From Candidatus Electronema halotolerans (GTDB lineage: Bacteria > Desulfobacterota > Desulfobulbia > Desulfobulbales > Desulfobulbaceae), in contig OW818675.1 of the NCBI GenBank assembly GCA_942493095.1, positions 1,170,001 through 1,202,000 on the forward strand: 32,000 bases of DNA, read 5' to 3'. Of the stretch, positions 1 to 8,545 are shown in pieces (position 1 is the stretch's first letter; each line of letters opens with the position of its first letter). The notes beneath the pieces are model-generated. The model was not told where the DNA came from, searched no databases, and worked only from the letters and a program-made list of their open reading frames with translations. The translations under genes and the position numbers were made by a program.

Positions 1-290
1 CCATGATCACGGTCGCGCCCATGCTCGGCATTCTCGGCACAGTCACCGGCATCATCTCGGCCTTCAGGATGCTGGGCATGAGCAGCGCGCCAGACCCGCG
101 TTTGGTCACCGGCGGCATTGCCGAGGCCCTGCTCACCACGGCTGCCGGGCTGATCATCTCGATCACCACGGTTTTTCCCTACAACTACTTCAAAAGCCGA
201 ATTGAGCATGCCATCCATTTCATGGAGAAGTACGCGACCCGCCTTGAGGTCGGCTGCCGGAAAAATCAGGCTCAGGAGCAGATGCGATGA
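1..290 (+). CDS. exbB: MotA/TolQ/ExbB-family proton channel protein, C-terminal part (gene begins upstream of the window)
   Basis: The frame is open to the window edge. The translation APMLGILGTVTGIISAF...GIAEALLTTAAGLIISI matches the conserved TM2-TM3 core of the ExbB/TolQ family. The TGA stop at 288-290 overlaps the next ATG (ATGA). It is followed by exbD-like and tonB-like genes. Confidence 0.8.
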   Translation, partial: MITVAPMLGILGTVTGIISAFRMLGMSSAPDPRLVTGGIAEALLTTAAGLIISITTVFPYNYFKSRIEHAIHFMEKYATRLEVGCRKNQAQEQMR

Positions 291-721
291 AGCTGTCGAA
301 AAAGCGCATTCCCCCGGTGCGGATGGAGATGACTCCGCTCATGGACTGTGTTTTTCTTCTCCTTGTCTTTTTTGTCTATGCCATGCTGTCCATGGCCGTG
401 CATCACGGCAAGCAGGTCGATTTGCCGCAGTCGGGCAGCGCCGCCTTGGAGATGCAGGAGGCGGTCAGCATCACGATTGAGAACGCCAAGGACGGGCTGA
501 AGATTACTGTGGATGACGGCAAGCCGTGCAGCTTGGCTGAACTGGAGCAGCTCCTGCGGGAGAAGAAGGACAAGGCTAAGGCGGGCAAGGAGCCTGATCT
601 GCAAATTTTTGCCGACAAGACTGTGCCCTACCAGAATCTCTACAATGTGCTGGACAGCATCACCAAGGCTGGTCTGTCCCGCATCTCCCTCCAAGCCAAA
701 TTAGAGCGGAGCGGGCCGTGA
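287..721 (+). CDS. exbD: ExbD/TolR biopolymer transport protein
   Basis: 144 aa. The N-terminus (RMEMTPLMDCVFLLLVFF) has the single TM helix typical of ExbD/TolR, followed by a periplasmic domain. ATGA overlap with exbB. Confidence 0.8.
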   Translation: MKLSKKRIPPVRMEMTPLMDCVFLLLVFFVYAMLSMAVHHGKQVDLPQSGSAALEMQEAVSITIENAKDGLKITVDDGKPCSLAELEQLLREKKDKAKAGKEPDLQIFADKTVPYQNLYNVLDSITKAGLSRISLQAKLERSGP

Positions 722-1881
722 ACGAGGCAATGCAGCGGCTGCTGCCCGCCTGGCTGCTGACCTTGGCCGTGCATGGCCTGTTTCTGAACTGGCGGCTGGA
801 ATACAAACCGATCAAACTGCCAGAGCCGGAGAAAATCTCCGTGACCCTGCGGCAGCCTCCTCCTCCCCCGCCGCCGCAGCAGAAAATCACCAAGAAGCTG
901 CCGCCGCCGCCGGAGTTGCAGCCGGTCGAACGGCAGCCGCTGGAGACCCTGCCGCCGCCGCAGCAAAAAATTCTCAAACCGGTTCGCAAGATACCGGCAG
1001 TCAGGCCAGTGCAGCGCAAGCCTTTGGCCAAGCTGCCGCCGCCGCAACGACGGATTGCCCGCCGCCTGCCGCCGCCGATGGCGGCTCCTGCTGCGCCGAA
1101 CTTGCAGCCTTTAGCGACCCTGCCGCCAGCGCAGCGAAAAATCTCCCGCCAACTGCCTAAACTGCCTGTTGAAGCTCTGGCGACGCAACCGCTGCCCATG
1201 CCGTTGCCAACCCTGCCCCCGGGACCGGAGCCTGTCTGGGAGGAGGTTGTGGAAGAGGCTGTGCCGGAAGAGGTTGTTGAGGAACAGTTGTACGAGGAGG
1301 TCATTCCAGAGAATGTGATTGTTGAGGAAATTCAGCCGCAGCAGGAAGTCTTTGAAGAGGTTGTCTGGGAAGAGCCGGTTGCGCCGCCGACCAGACAGCG
1401 GCGTGCGCGGCAGATTGTTGAGGAAATTCAGCCGCAGCGGCAAGTCTGGGAGGAGCCGGTCAGGCAGGTCAGACGGCAGCCGACCCAGATGCCGCGCCGC
1501 GCCAGAACGCGGTCGGCAAATTATGCGCCGCAGCCGAGCCGGTCAAGCAGCAGCAGAAATTATGAGCAGCGGGCGGCATCCTCTTCCTCTTCTTACGGCT
1601 CAGGCGACAGGGAGGCTGCGCCGCGCTATGACATCAACCCGCGCCCGTCATATCCGATTCAGGCCCGGCGGCGCGGCTTGCAGGGCACGGTCATGCTTAA
1701 AGTGTTAGTTGATGCCAGCGGCAGTGTGGCTGATGTCCGCCTCGCAGGCAGCAGCGGCCACGGCATTCTTGACCGGGCGGCAATGAACTCGGTGCGCAGC
1801 TGGAGTTTCACGCCTGGCACGTCCGGCGGACGGCCACAGCAGATGTGGGTCATGGTGCCGGTGCGCTTTGCCCTGAATTGA
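718..1881 (+). CDS. tonB: TonB-family energy transducer with an unusually long Pro-rich and Glu/Val-rich spacer
   Basis: It has an N-terminal TM anchor (LLPAWLLTLAVHGLF) and PPPP/QQKI..LPPP repeats. The C-terminus YPIQARRRGLQGTVMLKVLVDASGSVADVRL..SGHGILDRAAMNSVRSWSFTPG matches the TonB C-terminal domain. The GTG at 718 overlaps the exbD stop; ATG 727 is an alternative start. Confidence 0.8.
   Translation: MNEAMQRLLPAWLLTLAVHGLFLNWRLEYKPIKLPEPEKISVTLRQPPPPPPPQQKITKKLPPPPELQPVERQPLETLPPPQQKILKPVRKIPAVRPVQRKPLAKLPPPQRRIARRLPPPMAAPAAPNLQPLATLPPAQRKISRQLPKLPVEALATQPLPMPLPTLPPGPEPVWEEVVEEAVPEEVVEEQLYEEVIPENVIVEEIQPQQEVFEEVVWEEPVAPPTRQRRARQIVEEIQPQRQVWEEPVRQVRRQPTQMPRRARTRSANYAPQPSRSSSSRNYEQRAASSSSSYGSGDREAAPRYDINPRPSYPIQARRRGLQGTVMLKVLVDASGSVADVRLAGSSGHGILDRAAMNSVRSWSFTPGTSGGRPQQMWVMVPVRFALN
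1317..1438 (+). repeat. In-frame 26-nt direct repeat (gattgttgaggaaattcagccgcagc) at 1317-1342 and 1413-1438, inside the tonB spacer
   Basis: Read directly from the sequence. The two copies are 96 nt (32 codons) apart and both encode IVEEIQPQ. Confidence 0.9.
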
Positions 1882-2028
1882 ATCCGGCTCTCCTCCCCTT
1901 CTCCGCCTTCCTGTTTTTTTGGACGGAATGCGTTCCCGCCGCCGCCGCAAAAATCCCTCTGGAATCAGGCCGCAGTTTGCGCCTGGCAGGCCCGGTTGCG
2001 GATTTCACCGCTCCGCCGCTCTTTTTAA

Positions 2029-2057
2029 TTGACAAATGCGGGTGATGCGTTTATGTT
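2029..2057 (+). promoter_or_regulatory. Candidate sigma70 promoter of dsrAB (TTGACA-17 nt-TATGTT)
   Basis: TTGACA at 2029-2034, a 17-nt spacer, TATGTT at 2052-2057. This would give a leader of about 135 nt. The dsrA RBS AAGGAGG lies at 2182-2188. Confidence 0.45.
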
Positions 2058-2196
2058 CGGCTGCTGAGAGTAAGCAATTTTACAGGCGGCAGAGAGCTGG
2101 TCTGATCCGGCTCCTGCGCGCCTGATAAGTTTACAGCGGTTACGGTTTTGATTTTATTTAATATCATTCCACTTTAAGAGCAAGGAGGAAGACCCG

Positions 2197-3477
2197 ATGG
2201 CAAAGCACGCTACGCCTTTGTTGGACGAACTGGAGAAAGGCCCGTGGCCAAGTTTCGTCAGTGACATGAAGCGCCAAGCTGAGACCCACCCGGAATGCTG
2301 GGACATACTCGGCCAGCTGGAGCTTTCCTACAAGGACAAAATCACCCATTGGAAGCACGGCGGCATTGTCGGCGTGTTCGGTTACGGCGGCGGCATTGTC
2401 GGACGTTATTCTGACGTGCCCAAGCAGTTCCCCGGTGTTGAGCATTTTCACACCGTCCGCATCGCCCAGCCTTCGGGTCTGTACTACTCGACCAAGAACC
2501 TGCGCGCTCTGATGGACCTGTGGGACAAGTATGGTTCCGGCATGACCAACATGCACGGCTCCACCGGCGACATGATTTTCCTCGGCACCCGGACCGAGAA
2601 TCTGGAGCCGCTGTTCTGGGATCTGACCCATGATCTGGATCAGGATCTGGGCGGTTCCGGCTCCAACCTGCGCACCCCGTCCTGCTGCTTGGGCGAGTCG
2701 CGCTGCGAGTGGTCCTGCTACGACACCCAGGATGTCTGCTACCACCTGACCATGCACTATCAGGACGAAATCCATCGTCCTGCCTTCCCTTACAAGTTCA
2801 AGTTCAAATTCTCCGGCTGCCCGAATGACTGCGTGGCCGCCATTGCCCGTTCTGACTTTGCTCTGATCGGCACATGGAAAGATGACATCCGCATTGATCA
2901 GGCGGCAGTCAAGGAGTACATTGCAGGCAATTATCCTTCCAACGGCGGCGCACATGCTGGCCGCGACTGGGGCCCGTTCGACATTCAGAAAGAGGTCATT
3001 GATCTCTGCCCGACTGGCTGCATGTGGATGGAAGGCGGTGAGCTGAAAATCGACAACAGCGAATGCACCCGCTGCATGCACTGCATCAATGTCCTGCCCC
3101 GCGCTTTGAAACCGGGCAAAGAAAAGGGCGCGACCATCTGCGTCGGCGCCAAAGCTCCGATTCTGGACGGCGCGCAGTTCGCCACCATGGTCATTCCGTT
3201 CATCGAAGTCTCCAAAGAGAACGAGTACGAAAATCTGATCGACGTGATCGAGCAGATTTGGGACTGGTGGATGGAAGTGGGCAAGAACCGCGAGCGCGTC
3301 GGCGAGACCATGCAGCGCATTGGTCTGCCCAACTTCCTGCGCGTGATGGAGGTTGAGGCTCTGCCGCAGCATGTGAAGGAGCCGCGTTCTAACCCCTATG
3401 TCTTCTGGAAAGAGGAAGAAGTCGAGGGTGGTTGGGAGCGCGATGTTGACGCATTCCGCAAAAAACATGCCGCCTGA
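2197..3477 (+). CDS. dsrA: Dissimilatory sulfite reductase alpha subunit
   Basis: 426 aa. The N-terminus [23 protein letters not shown] is typical of DsrA. It has the siroheme/Fe-S Cys clusters ([15 protein letters not shown]; [10 protein letters not shown]) and a ferredoxin insert (CPTGCMW...[12 protein letters not shown]). Strong RBS. Confidence 0.95.
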   Translation: MAKHATPLLDELEKGPWPSFVSDMKRQAETHPECWDILGQLELSYKDKITHWKHGGIVGVFGYGGGIVGRYSDVPKQFPGVEHFHTVRIAQPSGLYYSTKNLRALMDLWDKYGSGMTNMHGSTGDMIFLGTRTENLEPLFWDLTHDLDQDLGGSGSNLRTPSCCLGESRCEWSCYDTQDVCYHLTMHYQDEIHRPAFPYKFKFKFSGCPNDCVAAIARSDFALIGTWKDDIRIDQAAVKEYIAGNYPSNGGAHAGRDWGPFDIQKEVIDLCPTGCMWMEGGELKIDNSECTRCMHCINVLPRALKPGKEKGATICVGAKAPILDGAQFATMVIPFIEVSKENEYENLIDVIEQIWDWWMEVGKNRERVGETMQRIGLPNFLRVMEVEALPQHVKEPRSNPYVFWKEEEVEGGWERDVDAFRKKHAA

Positions 3478-3536
3478 TGGCCGTTGTCCGGTTAAGCCTG
3501 AATTTGAACTATACAACCATATAAGGAGACTTCACA

Positions 3537-4676
3537 ATGGGTTACGATCCAAATAATCCGATGGAAGGCCGGATCACCGACTTGGGGCCGCGCTCGTACA
3601 CCGAAATGCTGCCGCCGGTCATTGCGGCCAACAAGGGCAAATGGGACTACCATGAGATTGTCAAGCCGGGTGTCCTGCTCCATGTGAGCGAGAGCGGAGC
3701 GGAGTGCTACACAGTCCGCGTTGGCTCCCCGCGTCTGGTGTCAATTGAGTATGTCCGCGAAATCTGTGACATTGCTGACAAGCACTGCGAGGGCTACCTG
3801 CGTTTCACCACCCGCAACAACGTCGAGTTCATGGTGGACAGCAAGGCCAAGTGCGATGCCCTGATCGAGGACCTCAAGACCAAGAGCAGCAAGTTCCCGA
3901 TTGGCGGCACCGGCGCTTCTGTGACCAACATTGTTCACACCCAGGGCTGGGTGCATTGCCATACCCCGGCCACCGACGCTTCCGGCCCGGTCAAGGCGGT
4001 CATGGATGACCTGTTCGAGTATTTCGGCTCCATGATCCTGCCTGCGCAGGTGCGCATTGCTCTGGCCTGCTGCCTGAACATGTGCGGCGCAGTGCATGCC
4101 TCTGACATCGCCATCCTCGGCATCCACCGCAAGCCGCCGATGGTCGACCACAACCGCATCACCGGCGTGTGCGAGATTCCGCTGGCCATTGCCGCCTGTC
4201 CGCTGGGCGCGGTCAAACCAGCCAAGGCCAAAGTGGGTGATCAGGAAGTCAAGTCTGTGCAGGTCAATGCCGAGCGCTGCATGTTCTGCGGCAACTGCTA
4301 CACCATGTGCCCGGCCATGCCGCTGGCAGATCCTGATGGTGACGGCATCGCCATTCTCGTGGGCGGCAAGGTTTCCAATGCCAAGTCCGCGCCCAAGTTC
4401 TCCAAATTGGTCGTGCCCTTCCTGCCCAACACCCCGCCGCGCTGGCCGGAGACGGTTGCGGTCATCCGCAAGATCGTTGAGGTCTATGCCAAGGATGCGC
4501 GCAAGTACGAGCGCATCGGCGAGTGGGCGGAGCGCATTGGCTGGGAGAAGTTCTTTGAGAAGTGCGAAATCCCCTTCACCGACAAGTCCATTGACGACTA
4601 CCGTCTGGCTTATGATACTTGGCGGACCACCACCCAGTTCAAGTACACCAAAGCCACAGAAGCTTACACCAAGTAA
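3537..4676 (+). CDS. dsrB: Dissimilatory sulfite reductase beta subunit
   Basis: 379 aa. Motifs [24 protein letters not shown] and the ferredoxin domain CPLGAV...[21 protein letters not shown] at 3523-3528. Lies directly after dsrA. Confidence 0.95.
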   Translation: MGYDPNNPMEGRITDLGPRSYTEMLPPVIAANKGKWDYHEIVKPGVLLHVSESGAECYTVRVGSPRLVSIEYVREICDIADKHCEGYLRFTTRNNVEFMVDSKAKCDALIEDLKTKSSKFPIGGTGASVTNIVHTQGWVHCHTPATDASGPVKAVMDDLFEYFGSMILPAQVRIALACCLNMCGAVHASDIAILGIHRKPPMVDHNRITGVCEIPLAIAACPLGAVKPAKAKVGDQEVKSVQVNAERCMFCGNCYTMCPAMPLADPDGDGIAILVGGKVSNAKSAPKFSKLVVPFLPNTPPRWPETVAVIRKIVEVYAKDARKYERIGEWAERIGWEKFFEKCEIPFTDKSIDDYRLAYDTWRTTTQFKYTKATEAYTK

Positions 4677-4688
4677 GATTTCTGCGCA

Positions 4689-4719
4689 CAGCCGACTGGA
4701 CTTTTCCAGTCGGCTGTTT
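4689..4719 (+). terminator. Perfect 12-bp stem / CTTT loop hairpin with a short T-tract between dsrB and dsrD (attenuator or RNA-stabilising element)
   Basis: cagccgactgga (4689-4700) pairs perfectly with tccagtcggctg (4705-4716), followed by TTT. It starts 13 nt after the dsrB stop. Confidence 0.45.
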
Positions 4720-4749
4720 CAGATAAAACTCTGCCAATGAGGAAGAATT

Positions 4750-4995
4750 ATGGCAATGAGTGTTGAAGAAGTCGAGGCGGCCATTATTGCCAAAGCGACA
4801 AAATCGCCCAAGCCGCAGCTTTACATCAAGGATTTCTACGCCTGTGATCCTGAGCGCAAGCCAAGGGATATCAAGAAGATCGCTAATAATCTGGTCAACA
4901 AGGGCGAGCTGATGTTCTGGTCTTCCGGTTCCACCACCATGTATGCCCGGCCTGACCGGATCAAGAATGAAGAAGGTGCTGAAGGAGTCAACTGA
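4750..4995 (+). CDS. dsrD: DsrD, small winged-helix protein of reductive dsr operons
   Basis: 81 aa with the DsrD hallmark ...KKIANNLVNKGELMFWSSGSTTMY (WSSGSTTMY is conserved in DsrD). Positioned right after dsrB. Confidence 0.9.
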   Translation: MAMSVEEVEAAIIAKATKSPKPQLYIKDFYACDPERKPRDIKKIANNLVNKGELMFWSSGSTTMYARPDRIKNEEGAEGVN

Positions 4996-5030
4996 GTACA
5001 ACACCTTTTGTCAGCAGTCCTGATCCAGCA

Positions 5031-5059
5031 AAGCGGGAGCCGCAAGGTTTCCGCTTTTT
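5031..5059 (+). terminator. Rho-independent terminator of the dsrABD unit
   Basis: An 11-bp stem (5031-5041 / 5046-5056, including G-U pairs) closes a GCAA (GNRA) tetraloop and runs into TTTTT (5055-5059). Confidence 0.7.
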
Positions 5060-5077
5060 CATGTCCATGACCAACAG

Positions 5078-6130
5078 ATGAAGCAGAAAATTCTGCAAAC
5101 CGCATCTTCCGTGATGATTGTCCTGCTGCTCTCTTTCTTGGCAGGAGAGACAACAGTGCGCATCTTTCATTTTTTTCATCCGCTGTTCATTTTCTATGAT
5201 GATTCGTATAACCGGTTTCGCGGCAAGCCATTTGCCCCGGATTTTGATTTCAAACTGAATTCGCTTGGTTTCAAAGATACAGAATTTTCCCAGCAAAAGC
5301 ACAGCAGGTTCCGTATTGCAGCCATAGGCGACTCTTTTTCCTACGGCGTTGTTCCGTACAAAAACAATTATCTGACCCTGCTTGAATCCCAGCTCAAAGG
5401 CCAAGGCCTTGATGCTGAAGTCTGCAATTTGGGCATTCCCAGCACTGGGCCAAAAGACTATCTTGCCGTCCTTGAGCAGGAAGGTCTGCGGCTTCACCCG
5501 GACATGGTCCTGCTTTCATTTTTTATTGGCAATGATTTTCCTGAGAGTGGCAGAAAGAAGAAATGGCATGAATATTCCTACTTTGCTTCACTGCTTCGTT
5601 ATCTCTTGGCGGTCAGACCTAAATACGAAGGCCAGATTGTGCATGGAGCAGGCACCTATTGTGATGACTGTCCCAGCTTTGCTGCCAGCACGTACTTGGA
5701 TATTGAAAAAACACGGAGCAGCATTTACTTGACAGATAATGTCGAGTTTCCTGCCCTGCTTGCCAAGGCTCTCGATTATCTGGCCCAAATTCAGGATATT
5801 TGCGCAGAAAAAAATATTGCCCTGTCCGTGGTGCTCATTCCTGACGAAGTGCAAATCAATGCCAAGCTGCAAGAGCAGGTGCGGACGCAGTTTGCCACAG
5901 GAAAAAGCGGCTGGAACATCCTCCTGCCAAATCAGCAGCTTCAGGCCGGACTCAAGAAGATGCGCATTGATTTCCTTGATCTCTATCCTGCTTTTGCGGA
6001 GCAGGCCAAGACGAAACAGCTCTACAGACCACGCGACACGCATTGGAACATTGCCGGAAATCAGCTTGCCGCTGACCTGCTCCAGCAGCATCTTCATTCC
6101 ATACTGACTTTTCTGCCTAAAAATATATAG
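5078..6130 (+). CDS. Membrane-anchored SGNH/GDSL-family hydrolase (AlgJ/AlgX-like esterase or O-acyltransferase fold)
   Basis: 350 aa. N-terminal TM helix (SSVMIVLLLSFLAG), block I IAAIGDSFSYG, block V DTHWNIAGNQLAA. GC is clearly lower than in the neighbours. Confidence 0.65.
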   Translation: MKQKILQTASSVMIVLLLSFLAGETTVRIFHFFHPLFIFYDDSYNRFRGKPFAPDFDFKLNSLGFKDTEFSQQKHSRFRIAAIGDSFSYGVVPYKNNYLTLLESQLKGQGLDAEVCNLGIPSTGPKDYLAVLEQEGLRLHPDMVLLSFFIGNDFPESGRKKKWHEYSYFASLLRYLLAVRPKYEGQIVHGAGTYCDDCPSFAASTYLDIEKTRSSIYLTDNVEFPALLAKALDYLAQIQDICAEKNIALSVVLIPDEVQINAKLQEQVRTQFATGKSGWNILLPNQQLQAGLKKMRIDFLDLYPAFAEQAKTKQLYRPRDTHWNIAGNQLAADLLQQHLHSILTFLPKNI

Positions 6131-6202
6131 ATGTCAGGCCGCTGATCAACAATGTCGAACATAAACAGCCTGATTTGCCATCATAACCGTCGGTCTGAAC
6201 TG

Positions 6203-6241
6203 TTGACAGCATTTTGCCTCGTATGTATAATGTAATTACAT
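6203..6241 (+). promoter_or_regulatory. Consensus sigma70 promoter (TTGACA-17-TATAAT) with an overlapping 12-bp perfect palindrome ATGTAATTACAT (candidate MazE/MazEF operator)
   Basis: TTGACA at 6203-6208, TATAAT at 6226-6231, palindrome at 6230-6241. The mazE ATG follows at 6263. Confidence 0.7.
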
Positions 6242-6262
6242 AAACTGAGACAAGAGGTTGAT

Positions 6263-6517
6263 ATGGCTACATTGATCAGAATAGGAAATTCCCAAGGAGT
6301 GCGGATACCCAAGACGCTTGTCGAACAGGCTAGGCTGCGGGACAGCGAACTGGTCTTCAAAGTGCTTGCAGAGGGGCTGCTGATCCAGCCGGTCAGAAAA
6401 GCCAGACAAGGCTGGAAGGAGCAGTTTGAGCAGGCCCTGCAAGATCGAGAACATTGTGAGCTTGATCAGGAATGGCTGGATGCTCCTCTGGTTTCAGAGG
6501 AGGAATGGGACTGGTGA
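6263..6517 (+). CDS. mazE: AbrB/MazE/SpoVT-family antitoxin
   Basis: 84 aa. The N-terminus ATLIRIGNSQGVRIPKTLVEQARL is the swapped-hairpin AbrB/MazE fold signature. It has an acidic C-terminal tail and overlaps the downstream toxin gene. Confidence 0.85.
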   Translation: MATLIRIGNSQGVRIPKTLVEQARLRDSELVFKVLAEGLLIQPVRKARQGWKEQFEQALQDREHCELDQEWLDAPLVSEEEWDW

Positions 6518-6840
6518 AGCCGGAAATCCATCGATTTGAAATATGGCTGGTCCAGCTCGATCCGACCAAAGGTTCAGAAATCAAGAAAACCAGACCTTGT
6601 GTTGTCATTGCACCAGATGAAATGTCTGTTCTGCATACAGTCATTGTTGCGCCCATGACTTCCAAGGGTTTTGCTTTTCCAAGCAGAGTGCAATGCGTAT
6701 TTCAGGGGAAAAAAGGTCTGATCCTGCTTGACCAGATCAGGACGGTTGACAAGGCACGGCTGATGCAAAAGCTGGGCTTGCTTTCCAAAACCACACAGGT
6801 GAAATTGACCAACTGCTTGCAGGAAATTTTTGCATTTTAA
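6505..6840 (+). CDS. mazF: MazF/PemK-family mRNA interferase toxin
   Basis: [29 protein letters not shown]...VIVAPMTSK...[13 protein letters not shown] is a canonical MazF/PemK pattern. ATG 6505 overlaps the mazE end by 13 nt; the ORF-track start at 6472 is probably too long. Confidence 0.85.
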   Translation: MGLVKPEIHRFEIWLVQLDPTKGSEIKKTRPCVVIAPDEMSVLHTVIVAPMTSKGFAFPSRVQCVFQGKKGLILLDQIRTVDKARLMQKLGLLSKTTQVKLTNCLQEIFAF

Positions 6841-6875
6841 AAGACAACAAGCTACTATTACAGGAACGAAAAGCA

Positions 6876-7340
6876 ATGGCGAATTTCATTGAAGGCAATC
6901 TGCACGGACAGGGATGTAAAATCGGCATCGTTGTTTCCCGCTTCAACTCCTTCATTTCCGAAAAACTGCTGGAAGGGGCACTGGACATTCTGGTGCGCTC
7001 CGGGGTCAAGGATGAGGACATTGACGTGGCGCGGGTGCCGGGCGCGTTTGAAATCCCTTTAGTCACCCAGAAGATGGCCCGGTCCAAAAAATACGACGCA
7101 GTCATCTGTCTGGGCGTGGTCATCCGGGGCGCGACGCCGCATTTTGATTTTGTCGCCAATGAGGTTGCCAAGGGCAGTGCCCAGGTCATGCTCGACAGCG
7201 GCATTCCGGTGCTCTTCGGGGTGCTAACCACGGAATCCATTGAGCAGGCGATTGAGCGGGCCGGCAGCAAGGCAGGCAACAAGGGCGCGGATGTGGCGGT
7301 TGCGGCCTTGGAAATGATCAGCCTTATCAATCAGCTCTAA
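6876..7340 (+). CDS. ribH: 6,7-dimethyl-8-ribityllumazine synthase
   Basis: 154 aa. [23 protein letters not shown]...VPGAFEIP...[21 protein letters not shown] is typical RibH, followed by nusB as in many bacteria. Confidence 0.9.
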   Translation: MANFIEGNLHGQGCKIGIVVSRFNSFISEKLLEGALDILVRSGVKDEDIDVARVPGAFEIPLVTQKMARSKKYDAVICLGVVIRGATPHFDFVANEVAKGSAQVMLDSGIPVLFGVLTTESIEQAIERAGSKAGNKGADVAVAALEMISLINQL

Positions 7341-7341
7341 G

Positions 7342-7758
7342 ATGGGTCTGCGAAGAAAGTCACGGGAGCTGGCTCTCCAGTTCCTCTATGGGCAGGATGT
7401 GCAAAAGGATTTTTGCAGCCAGGAACGCCTTGCAGAGAAGCTGGATGAATTCTGCGCCAGTTTTCAGGCAGACGGCAAATCCCTGCCCTATGCCCGCCAG
7501 CTCATCAGCGGCTTATGCGCGCATTGGCAGGAGATCGACAGCGCGCTGGCCCGCTGCTCGCACAACTGGCGGATCGAGCGGATGGCGGCAGTGGATCGGA
7601 ACATACTCCGCATTGCCGCTTACGAGATGCTGCATGAGGAAGATGTTCCGCCCACAGTGGCCATCAACGAGGCGTTGGAGATCGCCAAACGCTATGCCGA
7701 GCTGGAGGCCATCAGCTTCATCAACGGCATTCTTGACGGACTGCAAGACAGGAGCTGA
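7342..7758 (+). CDS. nusB: Transcription antitermination factor NusB
   Basis: 138 aa. RRKSRELALQFLYG...DRNILRIAAYEM...VAINEALEIAKRY...FINGILD is the NusB signature. Confidence 0.9.
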   Translation: MGLRRKSRELALQFLYGQDVQKDFCSQERLAEKLDEFCASFQADGKSLPYARQLISGLCAHWQEIDSALARCSHNWRIERMAAVDRNILRIAAYEMLHEEDVPPTVAINEALEIAKRYAELEAISFINGILDGLQDRS

Positions 7759-7881
7759 CCTCCCGGCTGCGGAAGGAACTTGCTGTCTCTGCGGCAGAGC
7801 GGTACAATGCAGTTTTCATGCCAGCAGACAGTGATCTGCGGGTTGTTCTTCACGCCAATCTCAAGCATTGCCTCTGAAGCC

Positions 7882-8535
7882 ATGTCCTCTCAGCAGGAAA
7901 TTCATTTTGACGAGATCATCAGCCGCTACCGGGCTGATCCCTATCATTATCAGGATGTGCATGCCGTCCATACCGGCACCATACGTTTTTTAACCAGACA
8001 GGACAGTCCGGTGGAGGGCATTTCCGGTGAATGGCAGCACAAGCCCGGCACCTCGCTCTATGCGATTGAGCGGGAGCGCAACACCAAGGTGATCACCGCC
8101 AAAATCAACGGCACTGTGGCTTCGCTCTGCCAGGAGCTGGACGGACAGTTTGTCGAGGCTGGGGAAAAGCTGCTCACCCTCCGGCATCCCCTGAAAAAGA
8201 AAGAGATTATTGAGGCCATTCTTCAGGAGGTGCTCTTTCTCTTCCGGGCGCCGGAACGGGCGCGCTATTATTTCGCCTTGGACATTCAGACGCGCATCGA
8301 CCAGAAAGGGGCGCGCTCGGTGTTCATCAAGCCGGGCGATGAAATCATCACCATGTCCCTGATGAAGCGCGACACGTCAGTCTATTACAGCGGCGAGGCA
8401 GGCCTGCTTCATTCGGTCTATTTCAAGCCGGGCGACAGCGTCAGTCAAGGTGCGCCGCTGATCGGCATCTGCCCGGAGGAAAAGTTCCCGCTGGTGCAGA
8501 AGGTGATCACCAGAGTGAAGGCTGAGTGGGAATAG
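7882..8535 (+). CDS. Hypothetical protein with two biotinyl/lipoyl-like hybrid-barrel modules (the second retains a hairpin Lys)
   Basis: Module 1: VHAVHTGTIRFL...LYAIERERNTKVITAKINGTVASLCQELDGQFVEAGEKLLTL (no Lys at the hairpin). Module 2: VFIKPGDEIITMSLMKRDTSVYYSGEAGLLHSVYFKPGDSVSQGAPLIGI (an MK hairpin resembling EAMKM). The start is uncertain (7780 TTG, 7807 or 7882 ATG; none has a good SD). Confidence 0.5.
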   Translation: MSSQQEIHFDEIISRYRADPYHYQDVHAVHTGTIRFLTRQDSPVEGISGEWQHKPGTSLYAIERERNTKVITAKINGTVASLCQELDGQFVEAGEKLLTLRHPLKKKEIIEAILQEVLFLFRAPERARYYFALDIQTRIDQKGARSVFIKPGDEIITMSLMKRDTSVYYSGEAGLLHSVYFKPGDSVSQGAPLIGICPEEKFPLVQKVITRVKAEWE

Positions 8536-8545
8536 CTGCACGGTC

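Noticed and set aside
1984-1999. Sigma54-like TGGCAG-N6-TTGC upstream of dsrA.
   Set aside because: The GG-to-GC spacing is one base too long and the -24 element is imperfect. The sigma70 consensus match 30 nt downstream is the better explanation.
2164-3516. 450-aa ORF on the minus strand, antisense to dsrA. Similar long antisense ORFs are at 8507-9355, 9974-10933, 14689-15714, 21693-22433, 24874-25887, 26362-27876 and 29607-30284.
   Set aside because: Each lies fully opposite a gene with strong family signatures. Their translations are Arg/Ala/Gly-rich and low in complexity, as expected for stop-poor antisense frames in high-GC DNA. None has an RBS.
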